NCBI GenBank assembly: GCA_905234865.1
Contig: CAJOJE010000001.1
Coordinates: forward strand, 114,021-178,020
Direction of reading: 5' to 3'
Length of the DNA: 64,000 bases
DNA from: Candidatus Gastranaerophilales bacterium
Lineage (GTDB): Bacteria; Cyanobacteriota; Vampirovibrionia; Gastranaerophilales; Gastranaerophilaceae
The first letter of the stretch is position 1, and the number at the start of each line of letters is the position of its first letter. The notes under the pieces were generated by a model, which was not told the DNA's origin, did no database searches, and saw only the letters and a program-made list of their open reading frames with translations. The position numbers and the translations under genes are program-made. This document shows, one piece after another, positions 38,461 through 47,278 of this stretch.

Positions 38461-41416
38461 ATGCTTGTTTGCTCAAATTCTGTCTAAAACTGCTAAAAGA
38501 ATTAAATTGAGAATTTGCCGCTGCATTTCCGCTTGATAATTGAACTACGTTAGGATGAGGTGCAGAAGCATTTTCAACACTTTGATTTGACAAATTTTCA
38601 GGCACAAACGGAGTATTTGGGTGTAATTTATAAATGTTTAAGCCTTCCGTCACGGATTCATTTCTTCTTGTCATAAATGCTTTTGTTACGACAAAACTTA
38701 AAAATGCACCTGCGAGAGCGCCGACTGCAGCGTACTTGCGAAGTTGTTCTTTATGATTATTGCCCATAATTTTGATGTTATTTTCTAATTTTGCAATTTT
38801 TTCCTGAAGAGGCTTAATATCCTGATGATACTCGGGCGAGCCGGATTTAAAGAATAAAGCACTTGCAAGACCTGTAAGAGCGCCGCCTAAATATGTTTTA
38901 ATACGCCCTTGCATGTCATCGTGTTGTCTTTCGGCAATTGCATTTTTAACCGCATTGTCGTCGAACCCTAAAATATCCTCATTTATGGGAGCGGAGTAGT
39001 CTTTTTGCATATGAAGTTCTTTATACATATCAATGGATGATTGTCCGCTTGGGTGAAGACTATTGTTTGAATCCCAGCTTGTATCAAGTTTCTTTAAATT
39101 GTTGAAAATGGTTTCTTTTTCATGCTGAGGTGCGGTAGCGCATGCCTTAATGGCATCGGCCATTTCGTAGATTAAGATATCGTCTTTAAGGTTGCGAGCA
39201 AAACCTTTAAATTTAAAGTCATAATCTTTTGATAATTCGTCCCAATTATCCCAGTTGATAGGCGTATGAATTCCTGCAGCTTCTTTTTGAGCAATTTCTT
39301 CCAGTTTTGCATCATGGAATTTTCTGTAATCATTTCCGAATTTAATAAATACGCTCTCATCAAAGACTTCGTTACCGTTTTTATCTTTTTTTACAAATAC
39401 GGGGAATTCTTCTTTAACTTCATTAATTCTTGCTCTGTCTTTATCTGCGTAACATTGGACTATCGGCTCAACTTGGGAAGCTAAAAGATTAAATTCATGC
39501 TGAGATTTATACGAAGTAGCCTTAACTTTTTCATCTTCATTTCTCGGGTCAAAGTTTTTTTGTTTTAAACCTTGAGTATTGGTTACAATCGGCGTGCAAT
39601 AATATTTCATTGCTTCTAAATCCGTTAAACCGCAAGGTTCAAAACGTGAAGAAAATATTGCCGCATCGGCACAACTTGCAAGTGCATAAGCGGGTGCCCA
39701 GCCGTCAATATGAACAACACGTCCTTTTAAATCATCATCTTGAAGAATTTCGGTCATTGTATCGGTTATAACTTGCGATTCAGGGTTGTTCGGGTCAAGC
39801 CCCGCACCTAAAACCAAGATTGCATTCTTGCCTTCTTCTGTTTTTGCGAATTTTTGAAATGCTTTTAAAGTGATATCATGACCTTTTTGTGTATCCGCTC
39901 TACCCCAACTTACAAACAAAGGTACTTCATCACCATGACCCGTTCTTATTTTTTCCATTAAATCTTTTCTTATAGGTTCTGATGTATCGGCTCCTTCGAT
40001 ATTTGCCCATTCAGGGTTAATGTTTGCGTATTTATTGGGATTGCCCGATACAATACGAGTATCTTTTGCATACAATCTTTCAAGCAAATTCAATTTATTT
40101 TGATTTTTAACATCCCTCATCTGTTGATAAGTAGGATTGACAGGATAAGTTTTAAGAGGTTGAAACACTGTGCCGTCAGAATCCGTAACAGGTTCTTTGG
40201 AATACCATTGATTGGGCACATGTTTTGCTGCGTCAACCGTATCATCGTTTAAGGGGTTCATTATACCCGTAAATGTCCCTTGCTCGGATAATTGTTTAAG
40301 GTGATTATGAATATTATGTGCAGCTTGCGGGTTTTCAGCCAAACTTTTTGCATATTCTTCCGATACAACGGTAAAACTCTTAGCATATCCTTCACCTTTT
40401 GCGGTTTCTTTGCCGGCATAATGAATCGGAATCATAACGGCACTTGCCGTTCCCGTTTCATCAAGCGTTCTTTGAACAAAAGGTTTAAAATACTCGTCGC
40501 CCAAACGTCCGTCTTGATAAATCGGGTCATTTTCAACCATTCTTATTTGATTTGGAGTGGCGCCCAAATTTACGAACATATTTTGCTTAGAAGTTTCGCC
40601 ACAATATCCGGGACCCATATTATGTCCGACATAAGTCGGCTTAATTCCTGAATAAACGTTGTCATCCGAATCTTTTACGGATTTTTTTGCCATATATTCA
40701 TGGACGTAAGCCGTTTGAGAATCCGAACAGATTATTGTTGCAGGTTGAAAATTTTCTCCTTTATCTTTTAAGACATCGGGAAGCAATTCAACTGCGGCTT
40801 TAGAAAATTGAGCATAAGGATCTCCCGTCCATTTGTGCGCATCATCCCTGTTTACGTTTCCAAGACCTGTCGCATAAGTAAAACCTCCTTCGTAAGGCGC
40901 TTTAAAGTGGGCGGTTTGGTCATTAAAAACAAAATAATGAACATTTTTCTTTTGAGGATTTTTTTCTTTAAAAAGTTTTATTTGACTGTTGCTTGATAGC
41001 CCCCACTGCATGGTTTTTTCCGAAACAAGTTCAAGTTTTGTACCTTTGGAAGGAAGAACATAATCTCCGTCTTTATCTTTTGCAGGAGTTATATTTCCTA
41101 CCGAATCAACATTGGCACCGTAATAAGGAGAAATGACAACTTCATTCTCAGAGGGCATGGCATCGGCATAATCTTTCATAACCGTACCGACACCGCCTTT
41201 TTTTGAATATGGAGCAACTTCGGCACCGATAAAAATAACCTGACTTTTATTTTTAGCTTTGCCCAAAAAAGAAATCGGGGATCGCATGTAATCGGAAAAT
41301 GATACAACTTTTGGGTATGAACTTGATAAATTCTGACGGTTATCAACCTTAGAAACATTTTTGCTTCTGTTAAAACTTGTTTGATAATTTGTTTGGCTTA
41401 CTGAATTAACTCTCAT
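38459..41416 (-). CDS. GT5 glycogen/starch-synthase-like glycosyltransferase with long membrane-anchored C-terminal extension
   Basis: Start placed at MRVNSVSQ. Carries a K-x-GG-type motif (GAEVAPYSKKGGVGTV) and the GT-B C-terminal block SRFEPCGLTDLEAMKY. An extra roughly 350 aa tail contains two Gly/Ala-rich TM helices. Confidence 0.75.
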   Translation of the reverse strand: MRVNSVSQTNYQTSFNRSKNVSKVDNRQNLSSSYPKVVSFSDYMRSPISFLGKAKNKSQVIFIGAEVAPYSKKGGVGTVMKDYADAMPSENEVVISPYYGANVDSVGNITPAKDKDGDYVLPSKGTKLELVSEKTMQWGLSSNSQIKLFKEKNPQKKNVHYFVFNDQTAHFKAPYEGGFTYATGLGNVNRDDAHKWTGDPYAQFSKAAVELLPDVLKDKGENFQPATIICSDSQTAYVHEYMAKKSVKDSDDNVYSGIKPTYVGHNMGPGYCGETSKQNMFVNLGATPNQIRMVENDPIYQDGRLGDEYFKPFVQRTLDETGTASAVMIPIHYAGKETAKGEGYAKSFTVVSEEYAKSLAENPQAAHNIHNHLKQLSEQGTFTGIMNPLNDDTVDAAKHVPNQWYSKEPVTDSDGTVFQPLKTYPVNPTYQQMRDVKNQNKLNLLERLYAKDTRIVSGNPNKYANINPEWANIEGADTSEPIRKDLMEKIRTGHGDEVPLFVSWGRADTQKGHDITLKAFQKFAKTEEGKNAILVLGAGLDPNNPESQVITDTMTEILQDDDLKGRVVHIDGWAPAYALASCADAAIFSSRFEPCGLTDLEAMKYYCTPIVTNTQGLKQKNFDPRNEDEKVKATSYKSQHEFNLLASQVEPIVQCYADKDRARINEVKEEFPVFVKKDKNGNEVFDESVFIKFGNDYRKFHDAKLEEIAQKEAAGIHTPINWDNWDELSKDYDFKFKGFARNLKDDILIYEMADAIKACATAPQHEKETIFNNLKKLDTSWDSNNSLHPSGQSSIDMYKELHMQKDYSAPINEDILGFDDNAVKNAIAERQHDDMQGRIKTYLGGALTGLASALFFKSGSPEYHQDIKPLQEKIAKLENNIKIMGNNHKEQLRKYAAVGALAGAFLSFVVTKAFMTRRNESVTEGLNIYKLHPNTPFVPENLSNQSVENASAPHPNVVQLSSGNAAANSQFNSFSSFRQNLSKQA

Positions 41417-41528
41417 AAAATTTCCTATTATACACACACTAACTTAAACACTTATAAACAAAACTCATGATAAATAATATTTGCCGTCATGGGTTTTTAT
41501 GTAAAGTTTTATTACAAAAAAGAAACGG

Positions 41529-41546
41529 AGGGTCAGCCGACCCCCC
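41529..41546 (-). terminator. possible terminator after the flavodiiron gene
   Basis: GGGTC / GACCC stem followed by a T-rich run on the minus strand. Confidence 0.4.
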
Positions 41547-41553
41547 TTAAAAA

Positions 41554-42741
41554 TTAGTTAATTCCAATACTTTTATGTTTTTCGGCAATCCTGTTAATCA
41601 AAATATCGAGTTTTTTATAGTCGTCATTTTTTAATTTACCTTTAATTTGAACGGGTTCAATGACTTCGGGTTTAATTGAGGTAAATAAAGTGCTCAAAAC
41701 ACCGAACAAATTGCCGCCCCAACCATACGAGCCTATAAATGAAGCAAATTTTAATTTCGGTTTAAGCGCATTAACCAAAACACATGCACTGATTGCGGCA
41801 GGATGCGGGCCTGCAAGCACCATTGAAGCTCCGACAAGAATTGTTGCGCAATCAACCAGCTGAAGAGCAAGTTCGCCCAAATCGTCACGAATTAAATCAT
41901 GAGCATAAACTTTAATACCCTTGTTTTCTAAGCCTTTTTTAACATACTCCGCCATTTCTTCCGTACTGCCGTACATTGAAACATAAGGCATAACAACAAG
42001 ATTTTTCGGGACGTCTGATGTCCAATCGGCATAAGCATTTAAGATAAAATCAGGGTTTTTGTATAAAGGTCCGTGACTTGGCATGACGTAATTCGGGTTA
42101 ATATCTCGAACAACTTTAATATATTTGCTGCACATAACCCTAAAAGGCATCATAATTTCGGCATAATATCTTTTTGCCATGGAATATAATTCATCATCAC
42201 ACTTTGCCCATAAATCATCAAAAGGAAGATGCGCACCTAAAAAATCGCATGTAAAAAGAATTTTATCTTCTTTTAAATAACAAAACATGGTATCAGGCCA
42301 ATGTACGGCAGGAGCCATAATAAATTGAAGGGTTTTATCGCCGAGCGAAAGTTCTTCTTTATCGTTGACAGTGATTATTTTTGTTTCGTCAATAAGAAGC
42401 ATTTCAACCAAATTTGTTTTACACTTAGCGTTAGTTACGACTTTAGCTTCGGGATATTTTTGAAGCAAATAAGGAATGGAGCCCGAGTGGTCCTGCTCGC
42501 CATGGTTTGCAATAATATAGTCAACGGTTTTAATGTCGTTATTATCAAGATTATTAAGATAAATGTCCGAAAACGGCGGATACATGGTGTCGATTATTGC
42601 GGTTTTTTCGCTCCCTTTGATTAAAAACGAGTTATATGAAGTTCCTTTTTCAAGAGGAATTAATTCATCAAAAATAACTCTGTCAGAGTCGTTTAGACCG
42701 ATATAAAATACGCTTGTACCATCAATTTCCTTAAAATTCAT
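41554..42741 (-). CDS. flavodiiron protein (FprA-type O2/NO reductase)
   Basis: Metallo-beta-lactamase-like domain with the HGEQDHSG di-iron motif, followed by a C-terminal flavodoxin-like domain. 395 aa. Confidence 0.88.
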   Translation of the reverse strand: MNFKEIDGTSVFYIGLNDSDRVIFDELIPLEKGTSYNSFLIKGSEKTAIIDTMYPPFSDIYLNNLDNNDIKTVDYIIANHGEQDHSGSIPYLLQKYPEAKVVTNAKCKTNLVEMLLIDETKIITVNDKEELSLGDKTLQFIMAPAVHWPDTMFCYLKEDKILFTCDFLGAHLPFDDLWAKCDDELYSMAKRYYAEIMMPFRVMCSKYIKVVRDINPNYVMPSHGPLYKNPDFILNAYADWTSDVPKNLVVMPYVSMYGSTEEMAEYVKKGLENKGIKVYAHDLIRDDLGELALQLVDCATILVGASMVLAGPHPAAISACVLVNALKPKLKFASFIGSYGWGGNLFGVLSTLFTSIKPEVIEPVQIKGKLKNDDYKKLDILINRIAEKHKSIGIN

Positions 42742-42758
42742 TTTTCCTCCTGTAATTT

Positions 42759-42822
42759 AACATACAGAACAAGATTAAACTATCTGTGAGATTGAGATAG
42801 GAATAAATTTGTTCTGTATGTT
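42759..42822. repeat. perfect 14-bp inverted repeat (AACATACAGAACAA / TTGTTCTGTATGTT) with 36-nt spacer
   Basis: Read directly from the sequence. An inner 6-bp stem CTATCT/AGATAG lies in the spacer, and a third partial copy TCTGTATGT sits at 42853-42861. Confidence 0.8.
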
Positions 42823-42924
42823 TTATTTTACAATAAAAAGTTTTATTTTTGTGTCTGTATGTAAAATTTTTATGCTTTTATTCTTCTTTCACGCTAATGT
42901 TGTCCGTGCAAAGGAGGTTTTAGT

Positions 42925-43146
42925 ATGGAAGAAACCGGATACAATATTACTCTGAAAGAGTTTAAGCAGTTAAGTAAATGGGCAGAGGAAGTTTACAATA
43001 TTGCAGTGGTTGTTGATTATTTTTGTGAAACACAGTCGGATAAAGAAGAATGTTACAACTTGGCTCCGGTTGTGAAGTATTTGCATCGCGAAGCAGATTT
43101 GTTGAATGCATTTTTTATCGACCATGAAAAAGATATTGAAATTTAA
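42925..43146 (+). CDS. hypothetical small protein
   Basis: 73 aa ORF preceded by AAGGAGG. No recognisable family. Confidence 0.45.
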   Translation: MEETGYNITLKEFKQLSKWAEEVYNIAVVVDYFCETQSDKEECYNLAPVVKYLHREADLLNAFFIDHEKDIEI

Positions 43147-43192
43147 ACTGCGTTTAAAACTGGTTTAAAACCTTTTTAAACAGCATTTAAAA
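43142..43192. repeat. five TTTAAA(A)C units at exact 11-bp spacing
   Basis: TTTAAA starts at 43142, 43153, 43164, 43175 and 43186. Confidence 0.75.
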
Positions 43193-43282
43193 TTTGTGTC
43201 GGAATGATGCAAAATTTTGACATTGCACTTGATAATTTCCAAAACGCAATCGATTAATGTTAATGGCTGAAAGGAGTATCTT

Positions 43283-43483
43283 ATGATAGAAAAAGATTAT
43301 ATGCTGTATGGAACAAAGATTTTGAATTTAAAAACACAGGAAATTGGGTTACTGATTTGCTTATGGAAAAACAAATATGCTGATAAAACAGTAGATTTTG
43401 CCACCTGTGTAGATAAAACCGGCAAACGATACAATATTGAACTCGATAATATCAGAGGGTTTGAAGATGATTTTGAAAAATAA
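43283..43483 (+). CDS. hypothetical small protein
   Basis: 66 aa ORF preceded by AAGGAG. Its stop overlaps the start of the next ORF. Confidence 0.4.
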   Translation: MIEKDYMLYGTKILNLKTQEIGLLICLWKNKYADKTVDFATCVDKTGKRYNIELDNIRGFEDDFEK

Positions 43484-43700
43484 ATTAACTCGTGAAACTT
43501 TGGATATTCCGTATTCTGAATTCAGAAAAAAGTTTGCAAAAGAAATTCAGGATGCATTTGAAAGTTACCGTCAAACGCAGCTAAATAAATATTCTTACAA
43601 TTTTAAAGACGATAATTCTCTGGAATTCAATTTTTACTTTGAACTACAATGGAATTTTAACCATTTTGGTATGTCAAATTGGTACATTGAAAGAATGTAA
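43467..43700 (+). CDS. hypothetical small protein
   Basis: Start placed at the internal ATG (MILKNKL...), which overlaps the upstream stop and suggests translational coupling. Confidence 0.4.
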   Translation: MILKNKLTRETLDIPYSEFRKKFAKEIQDAFESYRQTQLNKYSYNFKDDNSLEFNFYFELQWNFNHFGMSNWYIERM

Positions 43701-43703
43701 AGG

Positions 43704-44327
43704 TTAAATATTTTGTTTAATAAAATCAAATAAATTTTTTGCAATTATTCTATGTGAGGATTCGTCATAATGCAAACCATCAATATCCGAAGGTGTTGCA
43801 AATTCATTTATATCAAAATATTTACAGCCATTTTTGTTTGCAATTTGTTTAAAAAATTTTCCGACTTCTTTTGATTTAATAATACTTGTTTCATCAAATT
43901 GGCAATTAAAATATCCTTCTAAAATTTTTTCACTTAAAACAACAGGCGGAATAATAATTATATTTTTTACTTTTTGTTGAGCTAATTTGATTAAATTTTC
44001 CAAGCCCTTCTCTATTGTTTCAAAACTTATATCATATTGAGATTGCAAATCATTTGTACCAACGGCAAGAATTAGTATATCTATATTATCAATTTCTAAA
44101 AATATCTTAGGAAAATGTTTTTGAGCAGAAAATAAAATGCCGTCAGGATTATCAACAAAACCAGTTCTGTTACACATTCCCTCATTTATAACTTTATATC
44201 CTGTTCCTAATTTATTCTGTAAAACACCTGTCCAGCGAATATTCTCATCAAATGGTAAACTGTCTTTCGGATTATATCCGAATGTATTTGAATCTCCGTA
44301 GCATACTATGGTTAATTTTCTTTCCAT
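43704..44327 (-). CDS. SGNH/GDSL hydrolase family protein (second copy)
   Basis: GDSNTFGY, GTNDL and DGLHYD blocks. Paralogous to 32922-33530. Start placed at the ATG (MERKL...). Confidence 0.8.
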   Translation of the reverse strand: MERKLTIVCYGDSNTFGYNPKDSLPFDENIRWTGVLQNKLGTGYKVINEGMCNRTGFVDNPDGILFSAQKHFPKIFLEIDNIDILILAVGTNDLQSQYDISFETIEKGLENLIKLAQQKVKNIIIIPPVVLSEKILEGYFNCQFDETSIIKSKEVGKFFKQIANKNGCKYFDINEFATPSDIDGLHYDESSHRIIAKNLFDFIKQNI

Positions 44328-44446
44328 ATTGATATAATAACACAAAAATAAAGTTACTATTGTGATTTTTTTCCCAAATGATGACTTAATCGTGAAAAAG
44401 TGTTCGTGCTTTATACAATCTTAATGTTCTTTATTTATTACATGTA

Positions 44447-44475
44447 TTGACATGAAAAATTTTATATAATAATAT
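44447..44475 (+). promoter_or_regulatory. sigma70-type promoter for adhE
   Basis: TTGACA-N17-TAATAT, about 40 nt upstream of the adhE ATG. Confidence 0.5.
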
Positions 44476-44476
44476 T

Positions 44477-44499
44477 TTGATTAAGGAATTTAATCACAA
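44477..44499. promoter_or_regulatory. imperfect palindrome, candidate Rex operator
   Basis: TTGATTAA-GGAAT-TTAATCACAA lies between the -10 and the RBS. It only partially matches Rex consensus half-sites (TTGTGAA/TTCACAA or TTGTTAA/TTAACAA). Confidence 0.3.
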
Positions 44500-44515
44500 T
44501 TAAGGAGATAAGATT

Positions 44516-47167
44516 ATGCCGAAAGTTAAAGAAAGAACAACAGAAAAAACAACTAAAAATCAAGACAGAAGCGGATTAGTAAACAACATTGATGCTTTGA
44601 ACAATTTGCTCGAACGAGTAAAAAAATCACAAATGGAGTATGCAAAGTTCTCTCAAGAAGATGTGGATAGAATTTTTAAGGCTGCTGCAACTGCTGCCGA
44701 TAAGATGAGAATTCCTCTTGCAAGAATGGCAGTTGAAGATACAGGCATGGGTGTTTTGGAAGATAAAATTATTAAAAATCACTTTGCTTCAGAATATATT
44801 TATAACAAACATAAAAATGCCAAAACTTGCGGTATTATAAATGTTGATAAAATCAACGGTACAAAAACAGTAGCAGAACCTCTCGGTATTGTTGCAGGTA
44901 TTATTCCTACAACAAACCCGACATCAACTGCTATTTTTAAGTCATTAATTTGCTTGAAAACAAGAAACGCTATTGTATTTTCACCGCACCCTCGTGCGAC
45001 AAAATCTACAATAGAAGCAGCTAAAGTAGTTCTTGAAGCTGCTATTGAAGCAGGAGCACCAAAAGATATTATCGGTTGGATAGACGAACCTTCAATGGAA
45101 TTATCTGACGCATTATTACATCACCCCGATGTTGCTTGCATTTTAGCAACAGGTGGTCCGGGCATGGTTAAAGCAGCTTATTCATCAGGGAAACCTGCAT
45201 TAGGTGTTGGTCCGGGTAATACTGCCGCAGTTATTGATGAAACTGCCGATATCAGAATGGCTGTTTCTTCAATTCTTATGTCAAAAACTTTTGATAACGG
45301 TATGATTTGTGCTTCTGAACAGTCAGTAATCGTTGTTGATGATATTTATGAAGAAGTTAAAAAAGAATTCATATATCGTGGTGCATATCTTGTTAAAAAA
45401 GAAGATGAAAAGAAAATGATAGACCTTCCGTTTATTGACCCGGCAAGAGGAACAGCACATCCGTCTATTGTTGGACAACCTGCTCATAAAATTGCTGAAC
45501 TTGCAGGATTCAAGATTCCTGAAGATTCAAAAATTCTTCTTTGTGAAAGAGCAAAAATGGATTGGAATGATCCATTCTCAAGAGAAAAGTTATCACCGAT
45601 TTTAACTATGTATAAAGCTAAATCTTTTGAAGAAGCGACAGAAATTGCACACGAATTGGTATTAAAAGGCGGTGCAGGTCATACATCTGTTCTTTATACA
45701 GATGAAAGAAAATCAGAAAGAATAAATGCTTATGCAGAAAAAATGCCTTCTTGCCGAATCTTAATTAACCAACCTTCTTCACAAGGTGGTATTGGTGATT
45801 TATTTAACTTTAGACTTGAACCGTCTTTATCATTGGGTTGCGGTTCTTGGGGCGGTAACGCAGTATCAGGCAACATAGGTGTTGAACATTTATTGAATTA
45901 TAAAACTGTAGCTGAAAGGAGAGAAAATATGTTATGGTTCAAAGTTCCTCCGAAAGTATATTTCAAACGTGGTGCAACAGATTTGGCACTTAGAGAATTA
46001 CAAGGTAAAAAACGAGCTTTTATTGTAACAGACAGATTCTTATTCAATTCAGGTGCGGTTGATACAATTACAAAAACACTTGATGAAATCGGAATTGACC
46101 ACCAAGTATTCTTTGATGTTAAGCCAGATCCTACAATAGCAACTATTAAACAAGCTATGGAAATAGTAAAACCGTATGAACCTGATGTAATTATTGCATT
46201 AGGCGGTGGTTCACCAATGGATGCAGGTAAGATTATTTGGTTATTATATGAACAACCTGATACAAACTTTGCTGATATTTCAATGAGATTTATGGATATC
46301 AGAAAAAGAATTTGTCAAATTCCTGATTTGGGTAAAAAAGCTACAATGGTTTGTATCCCGACTACATCAGGTACAGGTTCTGAGGTTACACCATTCTCAA
46401 TTATTACTGATGAAAAAACTCATTACAAATATGCAATAGCAGATTATGCACTAACTCCTAATATGGCTATTGTTGACCCTAACTATGTTGACGGTATGCC
46501 AAAAGGTTTAACTGCTGCAAGTGGAATTGATGCACTTGTTCACTCTTTAGAAGCGTATGTATCTTGTATGGCAACAAACTTTACTAATTCAAATGCTCTT
46601 GAAGCAACAAAATTAGTATTCAAATATCTTGCTCGTTCATACAATGAAGGTGCTAACGATCCTATCGCAAGAGAAAAAATGCACTATGCCGCAACTATTG
46701 CAGGTATGTCATTTGCAAATGCTTTCTTAGGTTTATGTCACTCAATGGCTCATAAACTCGGTGCAATGTATTCTATTCCGCATGGTGTAGCTAACGCATT
46801 ATTAATAAGACAAATTATTAAATTCAATGCGGTTGATAAACCTACAAAACAAGCAATATTCCCGCAATATAAATTCCCTAATGCTAAAACTAAATACGGT
46901 CAAATAGCAGATGAATTGAATTTGGGCGGTAAGAATGACGATGAAAAAGTTGAATTATTGATTAAGGCAGTTGATGATTTGATGACAGAAATTAACTTGC
47001 CAAAATCAATAAGAGACTTCGGTGTTGATGAAGGTGAGTTTAAGGCTAATCTTGATGTATTGGTTGAAAGAGCATTTGACGACCAATGCACAGGTGCAAA
47101 CCCAAGATATCCTCTTATGAGTGAAATCAAACAAATCTTCTTAAATGCCTATGAAGGTATTGTCTAA
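44516..47167 (+). CDS. adhE: bifunctional acetaldehyde-CoA/alcohol dehydrogenase
   Basis: 883 aa with an N-terminal aldehyde dehydrogenase domain (catalytic-Cys region GMICASEQS) and a C-terminal Fe-ADH domain (GGGSPMDAGK, His cluster). Confidence 0.95.
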   Translation: MPKVKERTTEKTTKNQDRSGLVNNIDALNNLLERVKKSQMEYAKFSQEDVDRIFKAAATAADKMRIPLARMAVEDTGMGVLEDKIIKNHFASEYIYNKHKNAKTCGIINVDKINGTKTVAEPLGIVAGIIPTTNPTSTAIFKSLICLKTRNAIVFSPHPRATKSTIEAAKVVLEAAIEAGAPKDIIGWIDEPSMELSDALLHHPDVACILATGGPGMVKAAYSSGKPALGVGPGNTAAVIDETADIRMAVSSILMSKTFDNGMICASEQSVIVVDDIYEEVKKEFIYRGAYLVKKEDEKKMIDLPFIDPARGTAHPSIVGQPAHKIAELAGFKIPEDSKILLCERAKMDWNDPFSREKLSPILTMYKAKSFEEATEIAHELVLKGGAGHTSVLYTDERKSERINAYAEKMPSCRILINQPSSQGGIGDLFNFRLEPSLSLGCGSWGGNAVSGNIGVEHLLNYKTVAERRENMLWFKVPPKVYFKRGATDLALRELQGKKRAFIVTDRFLFNSGAVDTITKTLDEIGIDHQVFFDVKPDPTIATIKQAMEIVKPYEPDVIIALGGGSPMDAGKIIWLLYEQPDTNFADISMRFMDIRKRICQIPDLGKKATMVCIPTTSGTGSEVTPFSIITDEKTHYKYAIADYALTPNMAIVDPNYVDGMPKGLTAASGIDALVHSLEAYVSCMATNFTNSNALEATKLVFKYLARSYNEGANDPIAREKMHYAATIAGMSFANAFLGLCHSMAHKLGAMYSIPHGVANALLIRQIIKFNAVDKPTKQAIFPQYKFPNAKTKYGQIADELNLGGKNDDEKVELLIKAVDDLMTEINLPKSIRDFGVDEGEFKANLDVLVERAFDDQCTGANPRYPLMSEIKQIFLNAYEGIV

Positions 47168-47176
47168 ATTGGTTCA

Positions 47177-47222
47177 AAGGCTCTGCTCTACCATACTCTT
47201 GCAGAGCCTTTAACCTTTCTCT
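47177..47222 (+). terminator. rho-independent terminator after adhE
   Basis: AAGGCTCTGC / GCAGAGCCTT 10-bp stem followed by a T-rich tail. Confidence 0.6.
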
Positions 47223-47278
47223 TTACAGTAGTAAAATAAAAAATAAGAGTTGGAAAAGAACAAAGGAGTAATGAAAAA

